This document shows positions 37,547 to 47,830 of a stretch of DNA of 64,000 bases, piece after piece. This stretch comes from a virus, in the IMG/VR virus record IMGVR_UViG_3300029763_000196; one strand, 5' to 3'. Both the position numbers and the translations under genes were made by a program. Each line of letters opens with the position of its first letter. Position 1 is the first letter of the stretch. Under the pieces are notes generated by a model. That model saw nothing but the letters and a program-made list of their open reading frames with translations. It was not told where the DNA came from and ran no database searches.

Positions 37547-40500
37547 ATGGAGCTTAAAATATACAACCAGCAAGGGGTGTTCAAGACTGCGGTATCGCCG
37601 TCAGACTCCGACCGCCACGTAAAGGAAGTGATGAATGACAATATCCTGAATTTGTCGTTTACCCTTTACGAGTACGTGGAACTGGGCGTGAATGATTACG
37701 TGGATTTTGAGGGTGAACGCTTCACGCTGCTGGAGGATTACAAGCCGGAGCAGAAATCCACCGTTGAGTATGCCTACAGCTGCAAGTTCTACGGTATAGA
37801 GAGTGAGCTTAAAAAGGCCAAAGTCCTCAAGATGGTGGACGGTGACGATGAGCTTTCCTTTTCCTATGATGCCACGGCTGCCGAACACCTGCAGCTGATA
37901 TGTGACAATATAAACCGTATCAAGGGGACGAAAAATTGGGTTATCGGCGAGGTGGTGTCCTCCGCTAATGTAAACATAGAGTATGATAAGATATTTTGTT
38001 TCGATGCCCTTTCGGAAATAGCCAAGAATTTCAATACCGAATGGTGGATCGAGGGAACCACTATCAATCTGAGCCGTTGTGAACACGGCACTCCCGTATC
38101 TTTGGGGTACGGAAAGGGGCTGCTCAGGCTTTCCCGTGTGGAGAATGATACGGTTCCTTTCTTTACCCGGTTGTATCCTCTTGGCAGTACCCGTAATATC
38201 GTGGCCTCTGATTACGGCCACCGCCGCCTGCAGCTTCCGGGTGGTGTCCGTTACGTGGAAAGGAATATCCATCTCGGAATCGTGGAGCAGGCGGAGGAGG
38301 AGGCCTTTGCGTACATATTCCCGAAACGAATCGGTACTGTTACCTGTGTCAGGACGGAAGAGGCCACAGGTGAGGACGGCAATGCGTTCACTATATATTA
38401 TTTTACTGATGAGGGGTTGAATTTCGATCCGAACACGTATGAGATCGAGGGGCTTGTTAAACAGGTGTCGTTTCAAGGCGGGGAGTTGAACGGGCGTGAT
38501 TTTGAGGTGAATTTCAACTCCGAGACAAAGGAGTTCGAGATTATCACGCAATTCCCGTATGAGAACCAGCAGCTACCGGGCGGCCTGCTGATCCCGAAGC
38601 CGGGTGACGAGTATATCCTTTGGAACATACGGATGCCTAAAGAGTATTATCCGCTGGCGGAAAAAGAATTCGAGGAGGCCGTTCAGAAGCATATCGAGTC
38701 GATAAGCATTGATACGTCAGTCTATAAGGCTCCAACCGATTACATCTATTTGGATGAGAACCATATCGATTTGAAATTGGGGCGGCGTGTCCTTTTGGAG
38801 AATGAGATTTATTTCCCCACCGGCACTCACGAGAGCCGTGTGACCAAGATCTCCCGCCGGGTGAATAATACCACAGATATGGATATTGAATGCACGTATG
38901 CGGTTGATTACGGGCGTATCAATCAGATCGAGAGTAATATCGTGGATATTCAGGCAGCCTATAAGGAACAGCTGAATAAGGACGTGCTGACCGTATTGAA
39001 AAGCTGGGACAGTATTGATCCCACCGAGTATAACGTCCTTTCCGCCGTCCGGACAATACGCACGATCGCAAATTCCTTGAGCAAGCTGGAAAAAGAAACG
39101 GCAGACAAATACCTCAGAAAGGACATACCCGACACGGCGAAAGAGCTTGAAACCTTTTTGAAGGGGATAAAGGTTATCGGCGAGGCTCTTGTTGAAAGCC
39201 TTACGGTAGAGAAAGACTCCACTTTCAAAGGTCTGCTTTCCTCCGAGGTCTTTACTTCGGGTTTCCCCGGCGGAACCGGATGGGCATTGTTTTGGAAAGA
39301 GGTGCTTAATGCCGCAGGAGTAAAGGAAAAGAAAGCCGTCATGGAGCTGGACGAGATGACCGTCCGTGGGGTTATGCGAGTGTATGAATTTGTCATCTCA
39401 CAACTGATGGGTGAGAACGGAACCCGTCTGACAACTGACATGATGCGTGTCGATCACATCGATGCGGGCACAAAGACAATCTATCTCGATACGGAGAAAG
39501 GAGTCCTTTACAACCCTTTCCGTCCGGGTGATATCCTGATGGTTCAGCGTTTTTCCGTGGATGGTATCATCAAGCAGTACGAACTGCAGGTGGTCACTGC
39601 CAAAGTCGGTGATACCTCCAAAGGAGAGGAACGGCTCGATAGCATCACCTATAAGAATTTTGTAGGCGATGAGGGTAGTGTTGTTTTTCGTGACGTGCTT
39701 ACCCGTGTGGACTCCGCCACCAATTCAGACCGCAAAGGGGTTATCAAACAAACCAGCGTTGAGGAGGGCAGTCCGTATCTTGATGTCCTGTACGGGATGA
39801 AAACGGATCCTGACAACGCCGTGCGTCTCCGGCTTGGACGTCTGGCCGGTATTATTACCTATTGGTGGGGGCAGCTGCAGGGATATGGTCTGTATTCCAA
39901 CAACGCCTATCTGCTGGGTGATTTCCGTCTGCGTACCGGTGAGGATGTCCGGACGAAATTCGAGATAATGGAGGGTATGCTGCAAAGTGCCATGCAGAGC
40001 GTTGTGGGCACGATGACCGAGGAGGATAACTTTTTGAAAAACGCCAGCTTTCAGGATGACATGGCTTATTGGGAGCGTGAGAGTGATATGGCTTTATTTG
40101 ATATCGGAGGGCAGCTGCTTGATTTAGGCGTGAATTTCTATTCCGAGAAAAACAAGGTGGCCGATATTGACTCTTTCGATGGCCGTTTCATGCTCCGGAT
40201 CAAACGGAGTCACATTCGCCAGCTGAATGCGGATATCACCAAGCCGGAAGATGGCAGCGTCATATTTCTAACCTTGAAATATCATTGCGCCGAGGAGGGG
40301 ATCCTGACTGCCGGTTTCAGTGGATCCGCTCCCTATGTGGAGCAGGTTATTCCGGCTGGTGAGGGCTTTGATATACTGGAGATATCAGGAGTATGGAACG
40401 GAACCGGTGATTTTCTCCTGAAATTTACCGGTGACTTGTATATCGAGCAGCTAACCCTGACCAATCATCCGTTAGAGGATTATAAAAAAGAGGTCAGTAC

Positions 40501-41779
40501 CAAGTTCGAGCAGACCGCCGAGCATATTCTTGCCGTGGCCGAGGAGGTGAATAAGATAGACCATACCATCAAGACCGCCGGTTGGATCACCACGGCAGAC
40601 GGTAACAAGCTGTGGGCTACCATAACCGAGGTGGACAGTCTTGGCAATCGTGTCACCACGCACGAGAGCAGCTTTCACGTGACGGCGCAGCAGATCAATG
40701 CTATCGTGAGCCGTATCGATAAGGCGGAGGATGATTTGGGAATCATAGACCATACCATCAAGACCGCCGGTTGGATCACCACGGCAGACGGCAACAAGCT
40801 ATGGGCTACCATTGACCGGGTGGATGTCCTTGGCAATCGTGTCACCACGCACGAGAGCAGCTTTCACGTGACGGCACAACAAATCAATGCCATTGTTAGC
40901 CGGGTGGATACGATAGACGGAACCATCAGCAAGGCTGGGTGGATTACTACTGCAGACGGCAATAAGTTATGGGCGAGCAAGACGCTTGAGAATGGTGATA
41001 CGATTGTTTCCTATATCAACCAAGCGGCGGACTCCGTGACAATAAACGCCAAGCATATCAAGCTGGAGGGGCTTGTAACTGCGAATGGTAACGTACAATT
41101 CACCACGGATGGAAAGATAATCGCCAAGAACGGCGAGTTCAGCGGAACGGTTGTCGGTGTGTCGGGTTCCTTCAAATCCTTAAACTGCGTGAATAATAGC
41201 GGGGATATTGTCGGAGGCATCTCCTTTGGCAGTGATGGAAAGATGTGGTTTAACGGTGACCTGTATCATCAGGGCTATGACTATGACAAAAAACGTTCTT
41301 TCCGTTTCTATACCTCCGATGTTTGGTGTCGTGGTAATTTCGGGGCAAGGCAACGCAATACACTGGTGGTATATGGCAGTTATGGTTACTATTACGTAAA
41401 TGGTTTGGATACGGAAACCGGTAAGGTATATGTCTCCCTACCCTCGGCCACGTCATCCAAAAACGAGACCTATTATACCATTCCGTTATACGGAACCACC
41501 GGGGATGCTTCCGGTTTCCCTGTTGACTTGGTGATCATAAAGGTTTCAGGGACGTACCGGTATTTATTGAGCGGGATGAAAAGCCAGCGGGTAACGGTCA
41601 TGAATGCGAATAATCAAAATAGTGAAATTTATATCTACTCGAATGGCAATAAGGTAAAATGGCCGGGCGGTACTATCGCTGATTGTAGGAATATAGCGGA
41701 TTTCATGAGTCCTTCACCGGCTTCTAACTTATTAGGCAGAGGATGGATAGTGGGCGCAATGAATGATAATAACTGGTAA
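37547..41779 (+). CDS. tail fibre / host-specificity protein with internal 63-aa tandem repeats and receptor-binding C-terminus shared with prophage A fibre
   Basis: 1410 aa; repeats IDHTIKTAGWITTADGNKLWAT...; C-terminal ~250 aa homologous to 127..1302. Confidence 0.7.
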   Translation: MELKIYNQQGVFKTAVSPSDSDRHVKEVMNDNILNLSFTLYEYVELGVNDYVDFEGERFTLLEDYKPEQKSTVEYAYSCKFYGIESELKKAKVLKMVDGDDELSFSYDATAAEHLQLICDNINRIKGTKNWVIGEVVSSANVNIEYDKIFCFDALSEIAKNFNTEWWIEGTTINLSRCEHGTPVSLGYGKGLLRLSRVENDTVPFFTRLYPLGSTRNIVASDYGHRRLQLPGGVRYVERNIHLGIVEQAEEEAFAYIFPKRIGTVTCVRTEEATGEDGNAFTIYYFTDEGLNFDPNTYEIEGLVKQVSFQGGELNGRDFEVNFNSETKEFEIITQFPYENQQLPGGLLIPKPGDEYILWNIRMPKEYYPLAEKEFEEAVQKHIESISIDTSVYKAPTDYIYLDENHIDLKLGRRVLLENEIYFPTGTHESRVTKISRRVNNTTDMDIECTYAVDYGRINQIESNIVDIQAAYKEQLNKDVLTVLKSWDSIDPTEYNVLSAVRTIRTIANSLSKLEKETADKYLRKDIPDTAKELETFLKGIKVIGEALVESLTVEKDSTFKGLLSSEVFTSGFPGGTGWALFWKEVLNAAGVKEKKAVMELDEMTVRGVMRVYEFVISQLMGENGTRLTTDMMRVDHIDAGTKTIYLDTEKGVLYNPFRPGDILMVQRFSVDGIIKQYELQVVTAKVGDTSKGEERLDSITYKNFVGDEGSVVFRDVLTRVDSATNSDRKGVIKQTSVEEGSPYLDVLYGMKTDPDNAVRLRLGRLAGIITYWWGQLQGYGLYSNNAYLLGDFRLRTGEDVRTKFEIMEGMLQSAMQSVVGTMTEEDNFLKNASFQDDMAYWERESDMALFDIGGQLLDLGVNFYSEKNKVADIDSFDGRFMLRIKRSHIRQLNADITKPEDGSVIFLTLKYHCAEEGILTAGFSGSAPYVEQVIPAGEGFDILEISGVWNGTGDFLLKFTGDLYIEQLTLTNHPLEDYKKEVSTKFEQTAEHILAVAEEVNKIDHTIKTAGWITTADGNKLWATITEVDSLGNRVTTHESSFHVTAQQINAIVSRIDKAEDDLGIIDHTIKTAGWITTADGNKLWATIDRVDVLGNRVTTHESSFHVTAQQINAIVSRVDTIDGTISKAGWITTADGNKLWASKTLENGDTIVSYINQAADSVTINAKHIKLEGLVTANGNVQFTTDGKIIAKNGEFSGTVVGVSGSFKSLNCVNNSGDIVGGISFGSDGKMWFNGDLYHQGYDYDKKRSFRFYTSDVWCRGNFGARQRNTLVVYGSYGYYYVNGLDTETGKVYVSLPSATSSKNETYYTIPLYGTTGDASGFPVDLVIIKVSGTYRYLLSGMKSQRVTVMNANNQNSEIYIYSNGNKVKWPGGTIADCRNIADFMSPSPASNLLGRGWIVGAMNDNNW
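40556..40980 (+). repeat. 189-bp tandem repeat x ~2.3 inside the tail-fibre gene
   Basis: near-identical DNA blocks starting 40556 and 40745, partial third copy to ~40980. Confidence 0.8.
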
Positions 41780-42119
41780 TAATAAAAAGGAGGTATTTAT
41801 GAAAGTGAATTTGAATGTTCCCTTTATGAATTATAAGGGGTTGGTGATCACGAAAAAGGTAGAGGGTACGGATGTGGAACAGGAGCAGCTGATGAAAGAT
41901 GTCATTGCTCCGATCCTATTCAGTGGGGAGTGGAGAGATGAGAGGGTGAATGCTTTGAGTGGTGATGAAAAAATCCGTGCTTATAGCTTGAGCCTTAAGA
42001 TCTATCAATCCACCGGAGATATCGAAATCTCAGCGGAGGAGGCTCTAATGATAAAAGAAGCCGCATTGGTTTTGAGCCCCGGCGGTTACGCACAAATTGT
42101 CAAATTGATAGACGGATAA
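41763..42119 (+). CDS. fibre-associated small protein (homolog of 1293..1568)
   Basis: SD aaaggagg upstream; C-terminal similarity to the prophage A counterpart. Confidence 0.4.
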   Translation: MIITGNNKKEVFMKVNLNVPFMNYKGLVITKKVEGTDVEQEQLMKDVIAPILFSGEWRDERVNALSGDEKIRAYSLSLKIYQSTGDIEISAEEALMIKEAALVLSPGGYAQIVKLIDG

Positions 42120-42122
42120 GTT

Positions 42123-43022
42123 ATGGTACTGACAGAAGCTCAATTGCAGGAAATCGCTAAACGTGTGCGTGCGATCATCCGAGCCGAATCCAAAGGCGTG
42201 GGTGATCTACCGGTGGCCACCTCGTTGGATGGGCTTCTCTCGCTTCCGGCCTTGCGCTTTAACGGTGGCGTGCCGGAAGTAGTAGAGGCTCCTATCTCCA
42301 AATTGCAGGACGTGGCATTGGATGCGGTCAGTGGGGCAACGAAAGCCGCCAATGAAGCCGCAGTAAAAGCCAACACGTCTGCAGGTAATGCAGATAAGGC
42401 AACCACAGCGGCCAATAATGCTGCCAAAAGTGCCAATGATGCCGCCGGTACTGCCGGAGCAGCTACCGAAGCGGCAAAGAAAGCCACGGATGCGGCCAAC
42501 GGAGCCGCCTCCAATGCCACGAATGCCGCCACGAAAGCGTCCTCCGCAGCTGATACGGCGAATAAGGAGGCCAGCTCTGTAAATGCGGCCAAATCGGAAG
42601 CTCTTGCCGCTGCCGCCCGTGCGAGCAGTACGGCCACCACAGCAGAGGCCGAAATCGAGAAGATGAAGCAGCTGCAGGAATCCATATCGGGTGCAGCTTC
42701 ATTGGCTCCCACGAGGATGGAACTGACCTACACGAAACGCATCACCCAGCGTAATCCTTACGTTCAGCGTATCGTGGCCAAGATGTTCCCCTCGTACTCC
42801 CTGCAGAATGTTTTGTTCTTGGGTGATGACGTGGCCGTGAGCGTGGATCCTGCCGGTATTGTAACCCCGTTGAAGATCGGAACGAGCCGGATCCACGTGA
42901 TCCCGACACAGGCCACCCACTTGTACAAGACCATAAACGTGACGGTTCAGGCTCCGTCCGTCCGCCTTACCGGAGGCGGTAAAATCCGGGTTGACAGTAA
43001 AGGCAGAATACGTTTAACTTAA
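42123..43022 (+). CDS. tail fibre-like protein with Ala-rich helical repeats and C-terminal Ig-like (BIG2-type) domain
   Basis: low-complexity A/N/K/T helical region then beta-rich domain ...IGTSRIHVIPTQATHLYKTINVTVQAPS. Confidence 0.45.
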   Translation: MVLTEAQLQEIAKRVRAIIRAESKGVGDLPVATSLDGLLSLPALRFNGGVPEVVEAPISKLQDVALDAVSGATKAANEAAVKANTSAGNADKATTAANNAAKSANDAAGTAGAATEAAKKATDAANGAASNATNAATKASSAADTANKEASSVNAAKSEALAAAARASSTATTAEAEIEKMKQLQESISGAASLAPTRMELTYTKRITQRNPYVQRIVAKMFPSYSLQNVLFLGDDVAVSVDPAGIVTPLKIGTSRIHVIPTQATHLYKTINVTVQAPSVRLTGGGKIRVDSKGRIRLT

Positions 43023-43026
43023 AAAC

Positions 43027-44472
43027 TTGATAAATATGACAAGCGATCAGGAAACCCGTGTGTTAGCGATGCTTTCGGCTTTTGAAGCCGGAAAGAAGAT
43101 CAGCGAACTCGATACTGCCTCCGGCAGCGTGAGCGATATGCGCATCGAGGTGCTGGACACGGACGGAGAGTCCAAAGTTATGAATTTGTCCGAGGCGGTT
43201 ACCACCGCCGCAAACGCCGTTTGTGGACGTTATTGGAATGAATCGAATTCCACGTACCGGGCTGCCGGTTATCACGGCAGCCTCGATATGCTCCGCAAGC
43301 TGCCAGAGCTGTTGGGACTTGGTTGTTACCTCGTTCAGGATGACCGTACCCGGCGCAAGCTGGATCCCACGAACCACTACCGTTTCGAGGACGGCACACC
43401 GGCGAAGCTGGACGGCACGATGGGACAGTATATGTGGTGTTGGAATATTGGTTTTTATTTTGCCGAGTGGAAAGTGGGTAATTTGAAATATTATGCCGTT
43501 TCCCTTTCTCCCATCAAAGGCAAACAGTGCGTGTATATTCCCGCCGGTGGCCTTTCCGCCCTCGGTGGTGGCGTGCTGGACAGGACGAACAATATCCTTT
43601 GTTCGGTTGTGAGTGATGCCGCCCAATATCGTGGTGGAAACAATGATGCAAGCCGGGACGGGACTTACCGCACGCAGTTGGGGATGGTTGCAACCAATAT
43701 GCAGTACCGTAATTTTTCAACTTATGCCCGCAAGCGTGGCGAGGGTTGGGATGCCAACTGGTACGTGGCTCAGGCGGTGGTTGAAATTCTTTTCATGATC
43801 ATATTCGGAACCCGCAATATGCAGGAGGCCGTGATTGCTGAAAAGGATAGCAACGGTCTGTATCAGGGTGGCCTCGGAGCCGGAACCACTAATATGCCGA
43901 ATTGGGATCAGTGGGGTTATTACCCGGTTGTTCCGACCTCTGCGGGTATTGAGTTGGGTGACGGTTGCGGTGAAACCACGTTCAACGTGCTAAAGGAGGA
44001 CGGCTCGCTGCATTATGCGGCAAAGGTTCCGGTGTTCTTTGGCCTGAAACATCCTTTCGGCCATATATGGAAAATTGTCCGGGGGCTTATCGATAACGTG
44101 GGTGATGAGAAATCCGAGGTTTATGTTGCCCCGTCCCTTTATGCCGGTTATGATGACAATTCGATTTCCGGTCTAATCAAGGTTTGCGAGGTTCCGAGAA
44201 CCGGCGGTTATATCAAACAGAAAAGTTACTACTTGCTTTGCGCCATGCCGACCGAAATCGGAGCGACCGCCTCGACTTATTTCTGTGACTATTTTTGGGA
44301 GAATTCAGCATCATCCAAAGGGCTTCGTGTCCGCCTCTCCGGTGCTGACGCTAACTATGGCACGCATGCGGGGGCGTTTGCTGCGAATGCGAACAATGCG
44401 GCCTCGGATTCGTATGCGTATGTGTCCGCTCCCCTCTGCTTTTTCGATGCGGATCCGGTGATGTCGGCCTAA
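43027..44472 (+). CDS. DGR target protein (tail/receptor-binding protein with C-terminal C-type-lectin-like variable region)
   Basis: VR (44321..44435) lies at the 3' end of this gene; encoded segment SGADANYGTHAGAFAANANNAASDSYAYVSAPL. Confidence 0.8.
   Translation: MINMTSDQETRVLAMLSAFEAGKKISELDTASGSVSDMRIEVLDTDGESKVMNLSEAVTTAANAVCGRYWNESNSTYRAAGYHGSLDMLRKLPELLGLGCYLVQDDRTRRKLDPTNHYRFEDGTPAKLDGTMGQYMWCWNIGFYFAEWKVGNLKYYAVSLSPIKGKQCVYIPAGGLSALGGGVLDRTNNILCSVVSDAAQYRGGNNDASRDGTYRTQLGMVATNMQYRNFSTYARKRGEGWDANWYVAQAVVEILFMIIFGTRNMQEAVIAEKDSNGLYQGGLGAGTTNMPNWDQWGYYPVVPTSAGIELGDGCGETTFNVLKEDGSLHYAAKVPVFFGLKHPFGHIWKIVRGLIDNVGDEKSEVYVAPSLYAGYDDNSISGLIKVCEVPRTGGYIKQKSYYLLCAMPTEIGATASTYFCDYFWENSASSKGLRVRLSGADANYGTHAGAFAANANNAASDSYAYVSAPLCFFDADPVMSA
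44321..44435 (+). repeat. DGR variable repeat (VR)
   Basis: 115 bp matching TR at 44679..44793 with 10 differences, every one at a TR adenine. Confidence 0.85.
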
Positions 44473-44678
44473 AACGAAAACGGAAAGAGGAAAAGAACGT
44501 TCTTTGAAATTTTGTATTGAGAGTTTTTGGAAAGCTGTTCGGCGGGTTTCGGAACTCGCCGTTAGGCGAGTCGATTTTTGTGATTTTTTTGCCGGTTTTG
44601 GGAAAATGTAGTTAAAAGGCTTATCTTTGCATCGTTAAACCAAGTTTAACAGGTTGTTTTTACCCTTAGTGTGACGCA

Positions 44679-44793
44679 GGCTTCGTGTCCGCCTCTCCGG
44701 TGCTAACGCTAACAATGGCACGAATGCAGGGGCGTTTGCTACGAATACGAACAATGCAGCCTCGAATTCGAATGCGAATGTGTCCGCTCCCCT
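44679..44793 (+). repeat. DGR template repeat (TR)
   Basis: non-coding copy upstream of RT, rich in AAY codons in the VR reading frame (N A N N G T N ...); shared 3' GC-rich end GTGTCCGCTCCCCT. Confidence 0.85.
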
Positions 44794-44953
44794 ATACTTT
44801 GCAGTTAGGAAACGGTTAGATGGGGTGAAAGACCTTGCCACTTGGCAAAAGATGACGAACGCTCAAAAGGACGCTGGTAGGCCGGTAACGGTTCGAACGC
44901 TTCCGAGTAAGGCAAAGCAGACACTCAGACACTCAGAACCGCAGAAACAGACC

Positions 44954-46297
44954 ATGAAAAGGTATGGAAATTTGTTTGAACGAGTTGTCGAATATGGCAA
45001 TCTCGAACAGGCGTTTCACAACGCCGCCCGTCACAAAACTCGCCGAAGCGAAGTAATAGAGTACGGCTCCCATTTGGAGGCGAACCTATTACAGCTCCAG
45101 CGTGAACTTATCACCGGTACTTACCGCACCTCCGAATATAAGACTTTCATCATTTACGAACCCAAAGAGCGGAAGATCTTTAAACTGCCGTTCCGGGATC
45201 GTGTCGTTCATTGGGCGATAATGCAGGTTATTGAACCGATATGGCTCTCTAATTTCACCCATGATACATTCTCTTGCATACGTGGGCGTGGTATTCACCC
45301 TCTTTTATACAAGCTCCGCCGTGATTTGAAAGCGGATCCGGAGGGAACCCGGTACTGCCTGAAAATCGATGTGCGCAAATTCTATCCGAGTATAGACCAC
45401 GAGATCATGAAACAGGTAATCCGCCGAAAGCTGAAAGATGCCCGGCTGCTTGCTTTGCTTGACGGTATCGTGGACTCGGCAGAGAACGGAGTGCCTATCG
45501 GGAATTATTTATCCCAATTCTTTGCCAACCTTTATTTATCCGAACTGGATCATATCATGAAAGAAGAAATGGGCATCCGGTACTATTACCGCTTTGCCGA
45601 TGATATTGTCCTGCTGGATGGAAACAAGGAGAAGCTCCACGGAACCCTCGTGTTTATCAACCACTACCTGAATAATGAACGTGCTTTGAGTATAAAGCCG
45701 AATTATCAGGTTTTCCCGGTAGAGAGCAGGGATATTAATTACGTGGGATACGTGACGTTTCATGATTATTGCCTCGCCCGTAAGCAGAACAAGAAAAACC
45801 TCTGCCGTGAGGTGGCAAAATTACGCAAACGTGGGCTGAGTGATGAGGAGATCCGAATACAGGCATCCAGCCGGTTGGGGTTCATGCAGCATTGCAATAG
45901 CATTTATTTATTAAAAACTCTCAATATGAAAACATTCAGTGAAGTAACAAACAGCGGTGGTAATCTCACGGGAGATAAATACCACATTGATGACATTTTG
46001 AACAGGGAAATCCACCTGAAAGGTTTCGAGGTAAAAGAATCCAAGTATAAGGGTGAATGCCTGATCATTCAGTATGATATCTACGAGCAGGTAAAGGATA
46101 AAACCGGAGTTTTGCTCACTAACGAGGACGGCACTCCGAAAATGGATTGGGTGGAACATATCTCCTTTACCGGTTCGGAGGCTCTTATAAAACAGTTAAA
46201 GGATGTAGTATTGGATGAACCCTGTTCGGCAAAGATTATTAAACAACCAATCGGTGACCGGGGTAAATGCTTTTATAAGATAACCGATCCCGATTAA
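44954..46297 (+). CDS. DGR reverse transcriptase
   Basis: start chosen at MKRYGNLFERV (DGR RT-like N-terminus); RT motifs incl. YRFADDIVLL (YxDD), QG-like and thumb region; the track ORF from 44780 runs upstream through the TR. Confidence 0.88.
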   Translation: MKRYGNLFERVVEYGNLEQAFHNAARHKTRRSEVIEYGSHLEANLLQLQRELITGTYRTSEYKTFIIYEPKERKIFKLPFRDRVVHWAIMQVIEPIWLSNFTHDTFSCIRGRGIHPLLYKLRRDLKADPEGTRYCLKIDVRKFYPSIDHEIMKQVIRRKLKDARLLALLDGIVDSAENGVPIGNYLSQFFANLYLSELDHIMKEEMGIRYYYRFADDIVLLDGNKEKLHGTLVFINHYLNNERALSIKPNYQVFPVESRDINYVGYVTFHDYCLARKQNKKNLCREVAKLRKRGLSDEEIRIQASSRLGFMQHCNSIYLLKTLNMKTFSEVTNSGGNLTGDKYHIDDILNREIHLKGFEVKESKYKGECLIIQYDIYEQVKDKTGVLLTNEDGTPKMDWVEHISFTGSEALIKQLKDVVLDEPCSAKIIKQPIGDRGKCFYKITDPD

Positions 46298-46304
46298 AAT
46301 ATCG

Positions 46305-46721
46305 GTGATTATGTACAAAGGGATTTATGCAGAAAAAAAGACTTTTTCAAAGTTCGATAACGAACATTATTTGTGCTATCTGAACGAGCAGCGTGAGGAG
46401 TATTCTCCTGAGTCGGATGCCTGTTCGGGTGAGGTGACCGAACCGGTGTCCGCTCCTGTATTGGGATACGCCTATACAGGTGATATGGTGGATGGAGGTA
46501 CTCTGATTGAAGCAAAAGAGGCTACTTATGACGAATTCGTTTCCGGTCTGATCCGCACGAGGTACTCGGCAAGCAGAGTGGAGGCAATTCAATCAAATCG
46601 AATGATAGCTCTTGTCAATCCGGAGCATGAGCGTGCTGCCGAGTTTATTTCCGAGTGGGATGATTTTCAGTCCTACCGGGAACAATGCAAGGAACAAGCG
46701 GATGCGCTTATAAACGGATAA
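46305..46721 (+). CDS. hypothetical acidic protein
   Basis: 138-aa ORF directly after RT. Confidence 0.35.
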   Translation: MIMYKGIYAEKKTFSKFDNEHYLCYLNEQREEYSPESDACSGEVTEPVSAPVLGYAYTGDMVDGGTLIEAKEATYDEFVSGLIRTRYSASRVEAIQSNRMIALVNPEHERAAEFISEWDDFQSYREQCKEQADALING

Positions 46722-46795
46722 ATGCCTATCGGGGGCAGGCTATAAAAATGCCCCCGGCCTGTAAGTAGTTATCTCACCCACATACTTACACAAAG

Positions 46796-46850
46796 ATGCG
46801 CCATATCGCACAGCCGGGGGCAAAATTCCCTCTGCTGCGATATGGCGCAT
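46796..46850. other. perfect 15-bp inverted repeat ATGCGCCATATCGCA / TGCGATATGGCGCAT around a GC hairpin
   Basis: seen directly between 46305..46721 and the Dam gene. Confidence 0.5.
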
Positions 46851-46908
46851 TTGTATGTTATGTGAGTGAGATGTCGCAAAGATAGTAACATTTAAAGGAA
46901 TAACAGCA

Positions 46909-47751
46909 ATGAAAACACCTATTTCTTACTACGGAGGCAAGCAAACCCTCCTGAAACATATTCTGCCTCTGATCCCAAATCATAAACTTTATACAGAGGC
47001 TTTCTGCGGCGGTGCTGCAGTATTGTTTGCCAAGCGTCCGGCTGATGGCGAAGTTATAAACGATATCAGTATGGATATAACGAACTTTTATTGGATGGCT
47101 AAAGTCTATTATCGTGACCTGAAACAGGAGATTGAGAAGACTTTGCACAGCCGGGATATGCACGCCCATGCCGGACATATCCTGCAGTATCCTCAATTCT
47201 TCCAACCGGTGCAGCGGGCGTGGGCTGTTTGGGCGTTGTGTAAAATGTCCTTTGCCAGCATGATGGACGGTTCATTCGGTTATGACTTTGGTGGTGGAAT
47301 GCCGAAAAAACTGCGTAATGCAAAGGATGAGTTCACGGAATGGCTATGCGCCCGGCTTGATAACGTGACCATAGAGAACCGGGATGCGCTGGATGTCATC
47401 TCCACTTATGACTCGCCCGATACGTTTCATTTTGTGGATCCGCCGTATATAAACAGTGATTGCGGCCATTACGAGGGTACATTTGATGAGTATTGCATGG
47501 AGAAGCTCCTGCAGCTTTTGGAGCAGGTGAAAGGTAAGTTCATGCTGACAATGTTTCCCCTGCCAATGATAGAGGAATACGCAAACAAAAACGGATGGAT
47601 AATCCACCGGGTAGAAAGAACCATCAGCGCATCAAAGACGAGCCGAAGAAAGCAGGAGGAATGGATGGTATGCAATTATGAAGAACACCCGCAGCGAACT
47701 TTGTTTGATTACAAAGACAGCAGCGATGTTGATGCAACAGATGCCTCCTAA
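46909..47751 (+). CDS. DNA adenine methyltransferase (Dam/D12 class)
   Basis: N-terminal YYGGK, FCGGAAV (motif I) and DPPY (motif IV) of the alpha-class N6A MTases. Confidence 0.8.
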   Translation: MKTPISYYGGKQTLLKHILPLIPNHKLYTEAFCGGAAVLFAKRPADGEVINDISMDITNFYWMAKVYYRDLKQEIEKTLHSRDMHAHAGHILQYPQFFQPVQRAWAVWALCKMSFASMMDGSFGYDFGGGMPKKLRNAKDEFTEWLCARLDNVTIENRDALDVISTYDSPDTFHFVDPPYINSDCGHYEGTFDEYCMEKLLQLLEQVKGKFMLTMFPLPMIEEYANKNGWIIHRVERTISASKTSRRKQEEWMVCNYEEHPQRTLFDYKDSSDVDATDAS

Positions 47752-47830
47752 ATACTGTATAAAGATAGTCATTTCTAATGAATTGCACAAATATTGGAAC
47801 GTATTTTTTATGTGAAAATGCAATAATTTT

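Noticed and set aside
44635-44841. 68-aa ORF on the minus strand over the DGR TR
   Set aside because: It lies antisense across the template repeat, and its translation is an Ala/Phe-rich artefact of the repeat sequence.
44780-44953. Upstream extension of the RT ORF starting at 44780 (MSAPLYFAV...)
   Set aside because: It would make the TR part of the RT coding sequence. DGR RTs normally start after the TR, and MKRYGNLFERV at 44954 matches the usual RT N-terminus. The extension is kept as an alternative only.
46305-46721. Gene after the RT considered as an Avd accessory protein
   Set aside because: The protein is acidic and lacks the basic four-helix-bundle character of Avd, and it lies downstream of the RT and not between target and TR.
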